From Ascidiella aspersa (taxonomy: Eukaryota): 64,000 nt of DNA. Below, in pieces: positions 25,001-40,000 of this stretch. The first letter of the stretch is position 1. Every line of letters starts with the position of its first letter. The notes under the pieces were generated by a model. It searched no databases. It had not been told where the DNA came from and saw only the letters and a list, made by a program, of their open reading frames with translations. The stretch covers positions 16,988,001 through 17,052,000 of the forward strand of contig OZ004615.1 of NCBI GenBank assembly GCA_963924565.1, read 5' to 3'. A program made the translations under genes and the position numbers.

Positions 25001-28000
25001 GTGTTTTATATAAACAAATTATTGTAAATATGTAGCTAATTAAAAAGTATTGGCAACACTCAATTTATTTTATTATATTGTTGATAACCTTATATATTTT
25101 AACTCATCTTAAGAACATAGCAACATTATCATCAATATTTTACACTCAGGGGTACAATGTACAGATGAGGTTTCAAGGGAAGCGTTTACCTTTGCACTAG
25201 AACAAACCATTCGTTTTCATGGCAATTATGTAGAGCCGGCCTTGCTATGTGGAACACAAGAAGAGGTGAGATGTTCATTTGTTTTCTACAATAGTTTGTT
25301 CAGTAAGATTTGCAAAATAGGTTTGTTTATGTTAGTGTTTATTATAATAGTTTTGACTTTATAAAAAGTTAATCAACCCCCTTAATCCTAAGCTAATGAT
25401 TTTACGTTATGCAATTTTTCGATGGTTGGCAACGCTTCATCATTTTAACATTATATGTTTCTTTTTTAGATCTTGTCAGATCTTTTCAGCGATTGTCAAA
25501 GTCTAGAGTGCAAAGAAATTCTTCTTCCAAAAATCAAAGGAGGTTTTGTTTACAGATTCCGTACTTGGGAGGTTGTCATTAATGCACTAAAAGACTGTGT
25601 CAAGGTAATGCCAACATTTTACTAATTACAAATAAAATTGAAAATTACAAATAAAAAAATTAATTTTAAAGTGACTGGAGAAAAATCTTTTTTGTTTCTT
25701 GTAGTATATATTTTACACGAAAGATCCCAAATGTTTTCCTTGACTAGATTTCCTACTAAGTTGTTGATCATGGCAACACATACAGCCACCTGATAAAATC
25801 TAGTTTACATTTACTTGGAGAGCCAACGACAGTCATGTCCATATCATACTAGTTTTTGTAATCACTTTTAAAGAAAATTAAAAAGTTTTAAATGTATGAT
25901 TGATATTATTCGCCAAGCACAATAATTCATGTTGTTGATATGCAACTCTGAAACAAAATAAAGTCACATTTCAAAAGGATTACGTCAAGTTCCTGGCCAT
26001 ACATTGCCTGAGGGCATTACAGTCTTGCAAGATTTAGGCTTTTCATGAAGTTTAGCAAAACCACTGTATGTCTGCTATGTCACGTTATGCAAGCATTTAA
26101 GCTAATTAAATGGTAAGCCCAATAGAAAAAGCATACAGCCCTGAAGTTAAAAAATTACAACCACTTTTTGTAATGGTTAAAATTGAGAGTCAATCAATTC
26201 ATAATAAGCTTGGTATGTTTTTCAACAACACAATCTTGCCCTTCAAAAAATATACAGCAAAAATGAAAGTTTTAACTTTTTTGAAGCTTGAGAAGCGCTT
26301 GGGTAAAACTTGTATTTGTCCTCTTTCTAATTATTGCCATAAGGTAGTGTTTTCCAGGATGTGGGTCCACAACCTATTATCAGGTCATCTGTTAATTTTC
26401 AAGGTTCATTTGTTTGGGAAAAAAAATAATATTGTAAACTAAAACACAAAGGCTTCTTGTCAAAAAGCTTGTAGGAATCTTTGTATACCTCGGTTTATTA
26501 ACACTTAAAAGTACACAAGTATAAATAACATCATGGATATCTTTCGTTTCAATATTTTTATTATTACTGAGTCACTGACAATCATTAGGCATTTTTTTTA
26601 TCTTTGTGGCCTGTTTATCAAGAAGCATCGAATCAAATACTTAGTGAAAATTTCCACCTAACAAACTACTGGTCAGTTTTTCACACCAGTTTGCCCAAAA
26701 ATTTACCCAAAAAATTTTTCCAATTTTCTCATCCCTTTTTTATATACCAATGTTTCATCCTTTAAAAAAACTTCTATAAGGTATCCAACAAGGTATTTAC
26801 TGATACTGAAGGTTTTGTCTTTTTTACTTAGAATTATATAATGTGAAAAAAAAACAATGTAATGAAATCCAATAATTTTTTTAAAATACTCGATTGTTCC
26901 ATTGGTTCCTATGACATATGTTTATCATGAACTTTATGTATTTGTAAACTTATTTGTATAAAAATGATATTTTAGAGTCTACACTCCAGTCCTATATAAG
27001 ACTGGTAGCTGTTGGTGTTATATTATTTTGTGCTTCATTTGTACTGTAACAAAACATTGGCCCAAATTTGTATTTTTGATATCATTGAGGGTATAACTAG
27101 TAAATTGTTGCATCTTGCATTATAAGTAAAACCTGCGCTAATTTTACATGTAATTATTAATTAATAACAGTCTGTTACAATATATTTAATTGCCATAAGA
27201 CAAAATACTACAAGCATGTATTCTGTCTAAATAGGTAATTGCATGTTTTTTAAAAGAATTGCTGCTTATCTTTTATGTTTTCAGGGCATAGTTGCAAAAG
27301 AATTTGTTCAAATTCGTCAACAGTGTGACACTGAATGTCTGTCTCAGAAACAAGAGATAATTGGCAACCTGCCACAGTTAAATGCTGCCTACAGTGTAAC
27401 TTCAAATGCAATAAAGGGTAAGATTAGTGGCTTTACACCAAACCTCAAATGCTGTACTTGGAAATGATTCTACTTATTATGTTATTATGTGATTCATTGT
27501 GGCTGCTTAATGGTAAATACACCAGGTGTTTATTATGTAATTATATGTAATATTTGTTTAGTCTTTGTTCTAGCTTGACATTTAAAGTCTGTACATTTGT
27601 TAAAAAAATGTTCATGAAATGTTTTGTCTACTGAAGTTTTTTTTGTTTTTTTTGAGTTGTTTTGATTTTTTTTTTTGCGATTCCTTTTTATATTTTAAAT
27701 ATTTAGGAAATTGTGGTAATATCACACACACTTGTAATATCACTCATAAGTATTGCTTTAGAATTATTTTATACTCCTAGGGTATGGTAATAATTTTATT
27801 TAATTTTAGATATAATGCAAATTACAAATGTATATTTTATCTACCTATTTAGGTATACAATTCTATTTTATATTTTAACTTTGCATCATGCTGACTACAA
27901 AATCGAAGAACTCTATGTTAAATTAGTCATCAATGAAAATTAAAGGACAAATTCGCAAGTTTGAAAATTAGATTTTTTTTATTTTTAAGGAAAAGGTATA

Positions 28001-31000
28001 TAATATATTTTGGTAAAATATCTCAAAATATATTAGCCAATATATATTGAAACCGATATATCAGTGAGAGCGGAATATATATAGGCCGATATTATCAATA
28101 AACCAATAAATCTAGTGAAAATATTAGGCATTGTATCTAATGCAATCCCAGTTGTTTTATTACTAAAATAAAATACCTAAAAAAGATATAAAAACAACAA
28201 AAATTATGTTCGCCTATTAGCCATAAGTATGATATTTCTAAATGCTGTGTCTATCCCTTATAATTGGAAAAAAATGATAATATTGGACTGCTAACTATAA
28301 TGATAACACCTACTGTACAATACTGGGAAGCACCTAGTAGCCAACAGCTAGTATAAACAAGTTAAAATGCTAAGTTCTAAAATCCAGTTTATCAAACATA
28401 AAAAATTAACAAATGTGGTGTGTCGAATTTTAGTTGACTCTTATTAAAATCAGTAGTTGTTGACATTAAAGAGACAACACCTAACCTGTGGCGCAACTGA
28501 ACCACTTGCACACTTGAATCAGGTCAGTCATACCAACAGTCAGTGCAATTTGTGATTTCAGGAGTCCTGTCTGAGTGCTTTGATCCAATCGTGGTGGGAG
28601 AAATTGTTCCCAGACTGCCAGAGGTGGTCAGCACAATGTCCGACTCTGTAAGAATTGCTGTTGCTTCAGTTTGTATTTCTTATTTAAATATAAAAAAAAT
28701 TATGTTAAATGACATAAGGCTAAATCATTAACAAAAAAATAGAACCCTTTTATATAATTTTTTTTCCTGTTTATTACAAAATACATTAACCGCCCCCAAA
28801 TTAAACTGTAATTGCCAAAGCAACTTGTTCAAACCTTATTATGTAATTTTGTTACCCACTACAACTTTCTGGTTTTCAATTTCTCATTAAATGTATGTTT
28901 TACTTGTAATATTTTATGTTTTTCTATATCAGTAAGAATTGACCCTCTTTAATCTACATTAAAATCTCTCTATTAAGTATACATTATCATGTTTCACTGC
29001 TTTTGGTCGGCACTAAGTCAATTTGCCTACTCCTGTATTTGCATTTAATTACAAAACTTTACAATAAAATAAAAATACATCAGGTCCTTACTTACGCACA
29101 TCATTGTTATTTTTCTCATTGCATGAACTTCTCAACCATTGTTACTACATCTATTGTATGTCTAATTTCAGCTTGCTGGACCTCTGCGTTCAACCCGTGA
29201 ACTTTTTTTGTCACTTGTTGACGGAGTTCAAAAGGTGGTGAATTCCAAAACACCACAATTCGCCAACAACATTGATCGGTATTTCCTGCACACTCTCGAT
29301 TTTGCTCCAAGGTATTTTTATTTTCTATTTTGGATTGGACAAAATTTTGAAACAGTTAAAGCTTATATCAGTTGAAAAAAAACTTAAAATGTAGATATTA
29401 TAAATTTGTTCAGTGTTTTTATTAATTTAAATGTGTAGTTGTCTGTTTAATAAATGCACCATTTATATCTGTTCAATAAAATATATAATAAATTATATAA
29501 TCATGATTAAATTTCTTTAACTTGAGGCGAAATTTTATCAGCGGCAAGCCTTTAACTTTGCAGTTAATTTCAATGAAAATGTTTTACCATCTTAATTCTC
29601 AATTTCTATTGAATGATTATCAACTTTATTTTCCCCCAATGTTTGCTGTTAAATATTTGCCATAACTACAGTGCGATCAAAAGAGTTATAGTGGCAGGAT
29701 TAACACTGGTTGCCATTCATTACTCAAGGTTCTGCAAATATTATGTTGGGCAATAATGCTTGCACGCGTGATGTTGTGTAAATTTGTAGTGGTTTTCACA
29801 GTAGTTCTAAACGTTGTTTCTGCTGTTGCCCCGACAGTCACTGGCAGTTGTAAGACCGCCAATTTTTTTATGGTTTCTTTTATATTTATTATAAGATATT
29901 ATGTGTTCATTGAATCCAAGCCATCTTTTTTTTTTTCTGATGACTATGAAGAAAAGTTGTCCTATGTATCAATATAAATGCAAATTAGTTGATGACTGAT
30001 GGTACCTATACACAAAACACTATTGAGGAAAACTTTTGCGCGAAAGTAGGGTACACCTAAATGATTTTTTTCATAGTTGCTAAACTAACCAAGTAGTGTT
30101 TACCCACTTATAGAACACTGGTGTTTTGTTTTTTAAAGAGATCCCGATTTTGTTGGTCCCTTGAGTGACTCGATAGGAAGCAAGAAGCCAACTATGGATC
30201 TTTTGGAAGTGGTCTTTCCAAGAACCGACTTCTCATCCCACCTAAACAGCATTTTTACATACCAACAGAAGGTAGGCTTTGTGTGTAAATCAATCATTTC
30301 GCAATTCGTGCTGTGTTTAAAACACCGGCTGCCAAATAGCGTTGAATTGGTTTGCCAAATAAGTATTTCAATAAGGTATTGCCTGCTACATAGGCAAACT
30401 TGCGCTGATATTGGAATCTGGCACACTGATTTCTGAACAACGCTACTTGGCTAACCGATGTATGATGAACCGCATGCATTTGTCTTTATATTTGAGACGT
30501 TTTATGAAACTGGAGCACTGGTGTAGAACGTGGGATATTTTTTTACTTCATTTTGTTTTGGCTGCTTTGACTGTTAAGGAAACCCTTTTTAATATGATTT
30601 ATTCCTTCTATATTTCAGTATCTCTTTTTTGTATTCGTAGTTTATTGTAGCAAACTTATTTTAAGCAAGTTCGTGGTCAGGGATGGGCCACCAGGACATT
30701 CTTGCCTGAAGGTGATGGTTAAAAGTTTTTTGTAATCACTCAGATTTAGAAATGCGTACAAACAGATTTAAAAAAATAAGTCATTCCCCTATTCCTGTTG
30801 GTAACCCAAAATGTCGTCCACTTTCGGGTGAACCATTCACCAGTTAACACTGGTTGGCCGCCGACTTTGTTGGGAAGAAACCTTTTTTAATATATCTTTT
30901 TCCTTCTATATTTTAGTATCCCTTTTTGTATTCGTAGTTTATTGTAGCATTCTTGATATTTTTTATGATCAGAAAGTGATTTATATGTTTATTGACAATC

Positions 31001-34000
31001 CGTATCGTTTTTCGACCAAATGGCAAACAGGGTTATCTTGTTTATGGCCCCTGTCTGGCTTCCTTTTTCTATGTCTAGAAAATACTCACCAATTTATGTT
31101 ATGGGTCCTATTCTTAAGTGGTGACAATCAATTACCACCACTGTCTGCTAATTGTATCTAAGTTTAGGGATGTTCAAAGTACAATATCGGATCCTAGCAT
31201 TCTAATCCTGAGGTATTTGAGAAACTCTGTCTAGTAACTTTTGAATTTCAATCGAAATGACAAGCTACACTTAATGCCAGTTACAGAGATTTCTTAATTC
31301 CTTGTATGCGTTTATGTACCGAAAATAACAATCACTATTTTATCTGTAGTTGCTGGATACAGCAATATACACGTTCGAGTCACTCTGCGGCGACGAAGTG
31401 GCCAAAAACGACGGGCAGCTGACGCAATCCGCAATCGCCAAGGTCAAGAACAGAGTCTTGAAGGTGAACCATTTTCCGTAGTTAATTTTAGTTGTCCTTA
31501 AGATATTGGTGTTATTATCTTATTATTATTGATGGGAATTGCTTTTCGCTTGTGGTTAACCTGTTCATGCTTTTTTTAAGTTATATTCATATGCTTAAAA
31601 ACGTGATCATCCCGACTTGTGGATGACACGCTTTCTCTCACACATCACATTAATATTCATATTTTTATTCGTATTATGTGATTACATAAAACTTGTATGC
31701 CCAACTAGTGTGTCCATTGTCGCAGCCAAAAATACCTGATACGAAGGTAGTATCGGTGCTCGTTGAATACTATAGGGTAGTTTTGTAGTCGATTTAATGC
31801 CAATTTATGTAGTCAATTCAATTTGCTTTGCATTGCAATTATCAACACACCGTTTTCCGATTTAAATAGAAAACCGTCCAACAATTGGGAAATTAAAAAC
31901 ATAAGAACTTTCTGTTTCTAATGCTATATCATTTTTTTCTCATAACCTTTGCACATTTCACTTGATTAATTTTGATTATTTGACCCTATAGGTTATCAAC
32001 ACACACAGGTACCTGAAACTTTATGAATCCGACTTGCCGCATGTACAAGCTGCTATAGGATGTGATTGTGGGTTGTTATTGCCACTTTGTACTCAATGTT
32101 CAGAAGTTTCCTGTGGGAATTTTAAGGAGAAACAACGACTTTATGATAAACTTATTAACTAAAAGTTATTTCGAAATGTTCAATTTCCATTTTAAGACAC
32201 AAAGCTTGTAAGGCAGTATAAAATTAAACAAATCGGCATTTCTTCTCCAAAGGAGCCACAACATGAAGCCTCTTTCGACAACACATGTATATGTTTTCTT
32301 ATTGCTTTGCATTTTATTAGATGGTTTATTTTCACCTATATTGGATAATTAACGTATTTTGAGTTGGAAAATGCCAACAATTTTTTTCTTCAATTTTGGC
32401 GATAGTCGTATTCCAAGCACAAATCGTTTTTTTTCTTCAGTTTGCAATGAGCCATATTGTGTCACGGTGTTTTGATAAAATTTTATGTCATTGCCGCACT
32501 TTGCAGACAACACGTTCAAAAGGAAGGCAACAGCAAAGCAAAACATGTATAACCCCGCATCATTTTATTGACGTCATAATTGACATTGCAGGTTGCAAAC
32601 AAACAAAAACATAACAGTAGCGCGCGTCATTACATCGCTGCAATTTCACTTAATGATGCTTGGATTCGATAGCCGCTATTTTATCTCATCTACACCGGCC
32701 GGCATCTCCTTGTTTTCTTTTCGGCATTTTGTTGTTTTAACTGCCACTTTGAACTTAAGCGCGTCTTTTTTTATACCGTACGTAATTTCCAACATTAGTT
32801 TTTAGGCAGTTCTCTATATAGCGTACCGTATTACACGTTTTTCATTTAGTGTCAAATTGAAACACGAAAAGTCAAAAAATTATTCTTTTAAAACCATGTT
32901 TTCGGGCGGAATAACTTCAGATAACTTTTCTTCATTGTATGCAGTGGTGATACAACCTTTGCATATAAGGTTTTGCATAATGCTTGAACAATGGCCTTGA
33001 GGTTGGGAAATTCCGTTTGTACTTAAACAATAACATGACTTGTTTAGCTTACGAACTTTAAGGCCAACACCGTCGTCAAAGTTTAACGTTGTTGCGCTTA
33101 ATAAGGTTTATTTGGCGGTCAGTTTTGCAGCCACAAATGACATGAGTATTAAACAAGTATGAAAAAACAAGCATGGCGTTCTTATACAAAGTAGTATAAA
33201 CAATAGACAGTTACCTTGACCACAAGCGCTGGATTCACTTTTTAACTTCACTTTGTCTTTTTTACCTTTTTACACGGCAACTCAAAGTATTCATATGGCA
33301 ACTCAAAAAAGCAGCCAAATTTCGTTACCAACCCGTAATTTTTTAGATCAGTTTTGCACCACCAGAACACTTTACATTTTAGCTCTTTTTATTCCTTAGC
33401 CTCTGTCATGTTACTTTTTCCCATTTTGGCTGTGAGGTGATGCGAAATAGGCAACTTTTGTGAGGTATGCAAGATTAAAAGAGGTTGAAAAGCATAAATT
33501 TGTCAAGTTTTGTGCGGCCATGTCTACTGAAAAAGTGCTCAGGTCTTAAATATAAAAGGAAGCGCTTTTCAAACGGCCTTTGTATTCACTGCCATGTTAC
33601 GAACATGACCAATCGCAATTGATTGTCCTTGGGAAACGTAAACAATCTACTCTCGCCGAGACAAAGTAGCTGCGGCAAGCGCGGGTCGGCTGGAGACTCA
33701 ACGCCAGGCCGCTTGTGACGTAACAATCGTTAGGCGCGCGCTGACTTCCTGTGCACGTGACTTTGCTGAAATCCGGTTGCTGCTGTTGCTTATTGCAACC
33801 AGGGCCTCCGCTGCGCTGAGCTCGGAGGGGGTAAATACCTCTCTATAAAGCTGGGTTTTTACCCCATAACCAAAAAATCAAATTCTTTTACAGAACTCTT
33901 ACAACAAATGCACCCCTTGTCCTTTGTGAGCAACAACTTACGCTGACGAAAAAAAAAACACTGTGGGCAGTAAGTGACTGTCTTGTTGCTATCTTAGAGA

Positions 34001-37000
34001 TTTCGATCCTACATCAAAAAAAACAACTAGTTTATTTGGCCGTGCTGCTTAATTTTTCACGGCAGGGTCACCCCTACCACAAAATCTTGTATTTTATTCA
34101 ATAAAATGCAAAACCGTATGATTGTAATGACCCGATATCATTCAAATCTACATCTAGATTCTCAGAGGATATACAGCTATAAACTTATTTTAAGCAAGTT
34201 CGTGGTCAGGGCTGGGCCACCAGTACATTCTTGCCTGAAGGTGATGGTTAAAAGTTTTTTTGTAATCACTCAGATTTAGAAATGCGTACAAACAGATTTA
34301 AACAAATAAGTCATTCCCCTTTTCCTGTTGGTAACCCAAAATGTCGTCCACTTTTGGGTGAACCATTCACCAGTTAACACTGGTTGGCCGCCGACTTTGT
34401 TGGGAAGAAACCTTTTTTAATATATATTTTTCCTTCTGTATTTCAGTATCTCTTTTTTGTAAGTGTAGTTTATTGTAGGATTCTTGACATTGTTTATTAT
34501 CAGAAAGTGATTAATATGTTTATTGACACAATCCGTATCTTTTGTAGACTGAATGGCAAACAGGGTTATCTTGTTTATTTTTCTGGCTGTTTTTTTTTTC
34601 TAGATCTAGAAAAAAAAACTAATTTATGTCAAGGGGCTTATCCTAAAATGGTGACAATCAATTACCACCACTGTCTGCTATTTGTATCTATGTTTAAGGA
34701 TGTTCAAAGCACAATACCGGATCCTAGGATTCTAATCCCGACCAGGTCCGATTGCACTACCCCGGTTGCAAAGTAACGTTTCATGCTTCCCCACCAATCA
34801 ACTGTCTTGCGTGGGCCAGCAGCATGTATATTGCAGCGCATGGCGCACAGTCCAACCCTTGCATTGAAACACATTATATTGACGTGCGGTTGTGCGTGAT
34901 TTGGTGAAAGCACCAACGAAGCGGCGTGCTTAATCTGCGCACGTCGCTGGAAGGCCTTTGTACATTGTTTACTGCCGCTTGTTGTTTTGCATCGAGGGCG
35001 TTTTGCTAACGATTGGGCTTCGGTGCACTTTCGAGTTTTTGCATTCGGACGCGCCTTTCGGGTTGTTTGTTTGTTTCGCCTTGATTTAACAGCTTATCGT
35101 ACATTTGATACACGTATCAAGTGCCACTCTTTCAGCGTCCTTCCTTAAGTAGACCGCCTATAGGTTATAAGTTGAAATTTCCCTATTTACTTTCCTGGCG
35201 CTTACCGAACCTAAACGTGTGTTTCGGGATCAATTACCCGAACTCTTACCGTTGTTGTTCGCAAGCCACTGAAAGAACGCCCAGCCCTATAAAACACAGG
35301 TTTGTTATCTTTGAAGTTAAGCCTAGACTCCGCCTGTTTATCTATTTACGTCTTACGATTCGAGTGTTTATCCAATGCGCGTTTTTACCGTTTTCACAGA
35401 AACTCGATTATGACATCATACTGGCCGAGCGACGCTTCTTCCGAGCCGTGATAAAGTCGGGCACGATGGAGCAGACCAGGGAATCAATTGAACAAAGTTG
35501 CAAATCGGTAAAATAAAATTATTTTGTCGGTCTACGTCAAGGCTTCCTAACATTTTTAGTCTGTGATACCCGAATTTATTTTCAAATCTGTCGGGGATTG
35601 CGTTAGTTTGTTCGATTGCCTATTAAAAGTTAAGTTTAAGTATAACTTATATAGATTTAAAACTAACTAGTGCAGTAGGTTCTTAACCGGGGTGCCGCGG
35701 CACACTGGGGTGATATTTATAATGCCCAAGGGTACCGCAAGATAGTTTGTACAATAAATCAAAATATAATTCCTACATCGCTTAGAGTTTATTTGTATTG
35801 TTCCAGTTCCGTTTATTGTAAACCACTTGACATTATAGGGAGTTACTAAACGAAAATTCTATTAGGGGTGCCGCAAACATTTTTTTCTTTGGGGTGTCAC
35901 AAGCCACAAAAGTTTGCGTACCACTGAACTAGTGACTCGTTGTGCCAACCCCTGCACAAGGTTGCGACCCAACATTTAAAATATAAGAGGCCCAATACAT
36001 AGATATGCGTTAATATTTACTACTGGCGTATGGGCAGCGTTAGGTATGCTCTTACACCCAGAATATAAATTTTGGCGACAAAATATAATTTTACTCACAC
36101 AAGGAGTAAGCTGCTCTACAGTCATTTACACGATGATTAGTACAAAGGCATTTTGACTTTGTATGTGTAAATTTGTTGTAAACCTAATTTTTTTAAAACC
36201 ATGTTGGCGATGGCCCAATGACGTAAACTACACGTACGTTACACCTGATTTTCTTAAACTTTTTAAACCGGACCCCTCTATTGTTTTCAAAAAAATGCCA
36301 GGTCCCACTAGAAATACTACACACCATTAAAATATGTTTTTGCTCTGCAATTAGAAAAACTTTGTTGCCCTACCAAAATGCACGCCCCACTTTGGGGAAC
36401 ACTGCATTGCACTGTGTTAAAATTCCAGAGAATTAAATGTAATACGATAGAAGACTTCAACAAATATTTTGTGTCATGTTAAGCAAATATTGTAGTAAAG
36501 TTACGCCCAAGCCTGAACAAAAAACTTGCCTAAGCGTTATCTTAATACTGGTATTTTATTTGTCATTGTTTCTAATGCCTTTCTAATTACTGCACTGTGG
36601 CACACTTTCCTGACTTAGAAATGGTAGCGGTGCAATTCCCATGTAAGGTTGAATGTAAAACGGTGATAACTTTAGTTTAACTTATGGATGTTCGTTTGAA
36701 TCACAGTCCAAGAGCTAGAAAATACCGTTTCCCTCATAGGCGCAGAACTGAAAGTATGTAGTACAGAACAGAAAGTATATTTTTATATTTTACTGTTTTT
36801 CCTGTGAAATGCCGAATTTCATTTCAGAAACCCATTCAACTTTATCACCTGTGTTTAATTAGCTTCTCACAACGCCTAAAAAAATCTAATAACTGCTTGT
36901 TGGTTCCTCATGCAGAAAATGCTGGACTTCCTGGAAACGATTCCGCCCGACCTTGCCGAGTACATGCCCATCACGAACGTGTTCACCGACGTGCTCACGA

Positions 37001-40000
37001 ATCGTTTCACGGAGCTCATTAACCCAGGTTTGTGATTTTGCAGAGCTGGTCGACCGTTGGTCAGCAATAGCTTTTAGTTTTGGCGCCACTGCCGTGGTTG
37101 AAACGCAAATGAATGCGACACTCAATAAATGGGAACATATAGCATTCCCACGACGACATAACAGTTATTGAAAAAAATGGGCAACGTGATAGTCTAAGCA
37201 CATCTATAGATACATATTTTACCGACAAATTTATTGTCTTGTTCATTTTATCTTAAATCGTTTGTCATATCGTATTAAAAGCGTCTCCCCGTCTACTTTT
37301 TTCTTTTTGGTAATAGTGTTAAGCTGTTCCGAAAATTTCTTAGTTCAATGTGTCTAAACGTAAGACTGAATAGTGAATACCGGTGTAAAAACGCAGTTTG
37401 CAATTGTGCGGGTAAATCTATTTAACTGTTGTTATAGCAAGAACTTCCTGTTTTTTACGCGTTAAATATCTCGTTAGAAACGAGCTGCGCTAGCGACGTG
37501 TCTTGTGTTAAATCAGTACAGATTTTTTTGTGATTTACAAACGTTTTAACTCTAACTCTATTTATGTTGTTGCACTTGCACAAGAACAACGAGTAATCTA
37601 TATAGGATAATAGTGAAACGTAACACTTGGTCCTCGGTGGTTTAACTTTACTTAGCCTGCCTAAACATAAAATCTGCTGGTTTGACAAAATCACAACTAC
37701 CTAAACATGATTACTAAGTTACAGCAAGGGCTTAAGCTTACCTGTTTGAAATGCAGTGACAAGTTGGTGAATTTTTCTAATAATAGGGAATGTCATATGA
37801 AGAAATCCGCACGTTGCGCTTATACGTCTATAGGCTAGTGTTCTTAACCTTTCCCCCCTTGTTACCCATTTCTGTCCAGATCAAAGTCCCGTTACCCAAA
37901 GTCCAATTTTATTTATTTTGCTATTTTGCCATAGTGAATATAAGACAGTGTTATTCAACAAAATATGCTAACAGCAACGCAGCCATCAAGCTTGCTTATG
38001 AAACACCTGTAACTGAACTGATTATGAAAAAATAGCTAGGCTCGCGGATACAAGAAAAACCTTACTATATAACGTCATATAAAAATAAAATACGTAAAAC
38101 CCGGTGACAAAAAAGATCACTGTGCTTGTTTGGTTGTTTTGAACGGATTCAAAATATCAAAAAAGTGTAATAAAGCAACATTACCACTTACAGCTGTGAC
38201 ATTGTTTGTTAGATCTATAAGTATCATATTATGGTTCAGCTGATTACCCACCTGCTATTCTGAAATTGCCCACATGTGGGTAATTACCCATAGGTTAAGA
38301 ACTAAATAACTGAAGCGAAAAATAAATCATCCGCAAGATATGCCCGAACTAAAGTGATAATTTGTTTACGTCAACAAAGGAGTGTTCTGAACTCTATGCT
38401 CATATCGATACTTAACTCTTAGGTTGTCCAATACCCGATATTTTGGACAAAAAGTTTTGCGATCCGATCCAATACACATTGACGTCATTGCTATGCTCAA
38501 AATAGTTTAAATTGAAGCGCATTTTTTCAGGTTATTTGCGCTTGCATTTGCTGTAAGAAAACTCCAATTGGTTAACCGCCATTTTTTTCATAAATTTACC
38601 TTTCAAGGTACAGTCGTTGCGCTGGATCTTGAACATGGCTGAAATTTTTAACTGGTATCGATCCGGGCACCGGAGTATCATATGGCACTTAGCATTGGGT
38701 ATCGGCTCCCATATTATCGGCCATTATTACTTAGTTCCGTACATTGTTCGCATGTACGTCAATTACGCCACCCCTTGTTTACTTTAAACCGCGTAAAACA
38801 TTAATTTTAATACTAAGTTTAACTGCAATTGTATAGCTGTATTGCCTCATAGTGTTTAAAATACTCTTGTAGAAGCTGATATATAAGTATACAACTCTAC
38901 ATCATCTCAGCTTTAGTGCCGGACAGTTGGTATTTTTCGTAATGCTTGACGTTATTTTTCTTTCAAAAGCACATAGATTTATAAAATACATTTTACTACT
39001 AGTTATGACTGGACTGAATTTTATGTTATTTCAAAGCGCTTACGAACTGCATGAAGCAGCTGATGTCGGACACCACCTCGAGCTACACCTTCCGCTCATC
39101 CAGTGCGCTCAGTTCGATTTCCTCCTTCTCATCTGCCGTAGGGGACGAAGGAAAGGCATCACAGTAAGTATGGCAATAAGCCAAAGAAAAGGCGTATCAA
39201 GTACTTCTGTTTTTTTTGACATTGTACTCTCAAATCGAAATTAGTTGTTAGTCTTTATCATTCCGTTGAGTTTGGCCAAATTATTTTTTAAGGTCCACTT
39301 GACAACATAACTGTGGTTAAAGAAGGGGCATTATAATAATTTACAGTTAGTATAGCAATTTATGTTGTCGACTGACTTGACTACCGCACCTACCATCCTA
39401 CCTAAACGTCTGCTGGGGATTGACGTACACTTTAAACTGAAGGAATATGTTTGACGGGGTTTTGTAACGGTTTTAATCGAGGCAAGTTCCCAAAATTTTT
39501 CAGCCTCTCATGAATATTTCTATTATTCGGTAATTAAAGTTTAGAAGATGTATTTCGTTATTACAATATCAAAAACCTTACCTATCTAAGTAGCCTAACG
39601 CCTTCAAGACTAAAATTATTATTATTTATTTACCAAATGTATAAAAAAATATAATTTTGCGGCTTCTTACATTGGCTTGGTTCACACCGTAGTTTAGAAT
39701 CCAAACCTAAAGTTAGATTACCAGGCGATTGAAGCCTAATCGTAGCGACCCTCAAAATATGAGCAAATACACTTCATATAGCCGTCCACATTTTTACTCC
39801 CATTGTTCCACAGGAGTCATTCTTCGAAGCTCCTTTCTCACGAATCGAACGGCGAATTAAATCCCCGTCGGGAGCTGGAGGCCCAGCATCCACTCGCTAC
39901 TCCTTCCTCCAGCAACGTCCAGGAGGAACCGAACGAAATCCCTACCGAACCCGACATGGACGGGGAGACTGGTGAGGCCTACAAGTTGCCCCCTGCCCCC

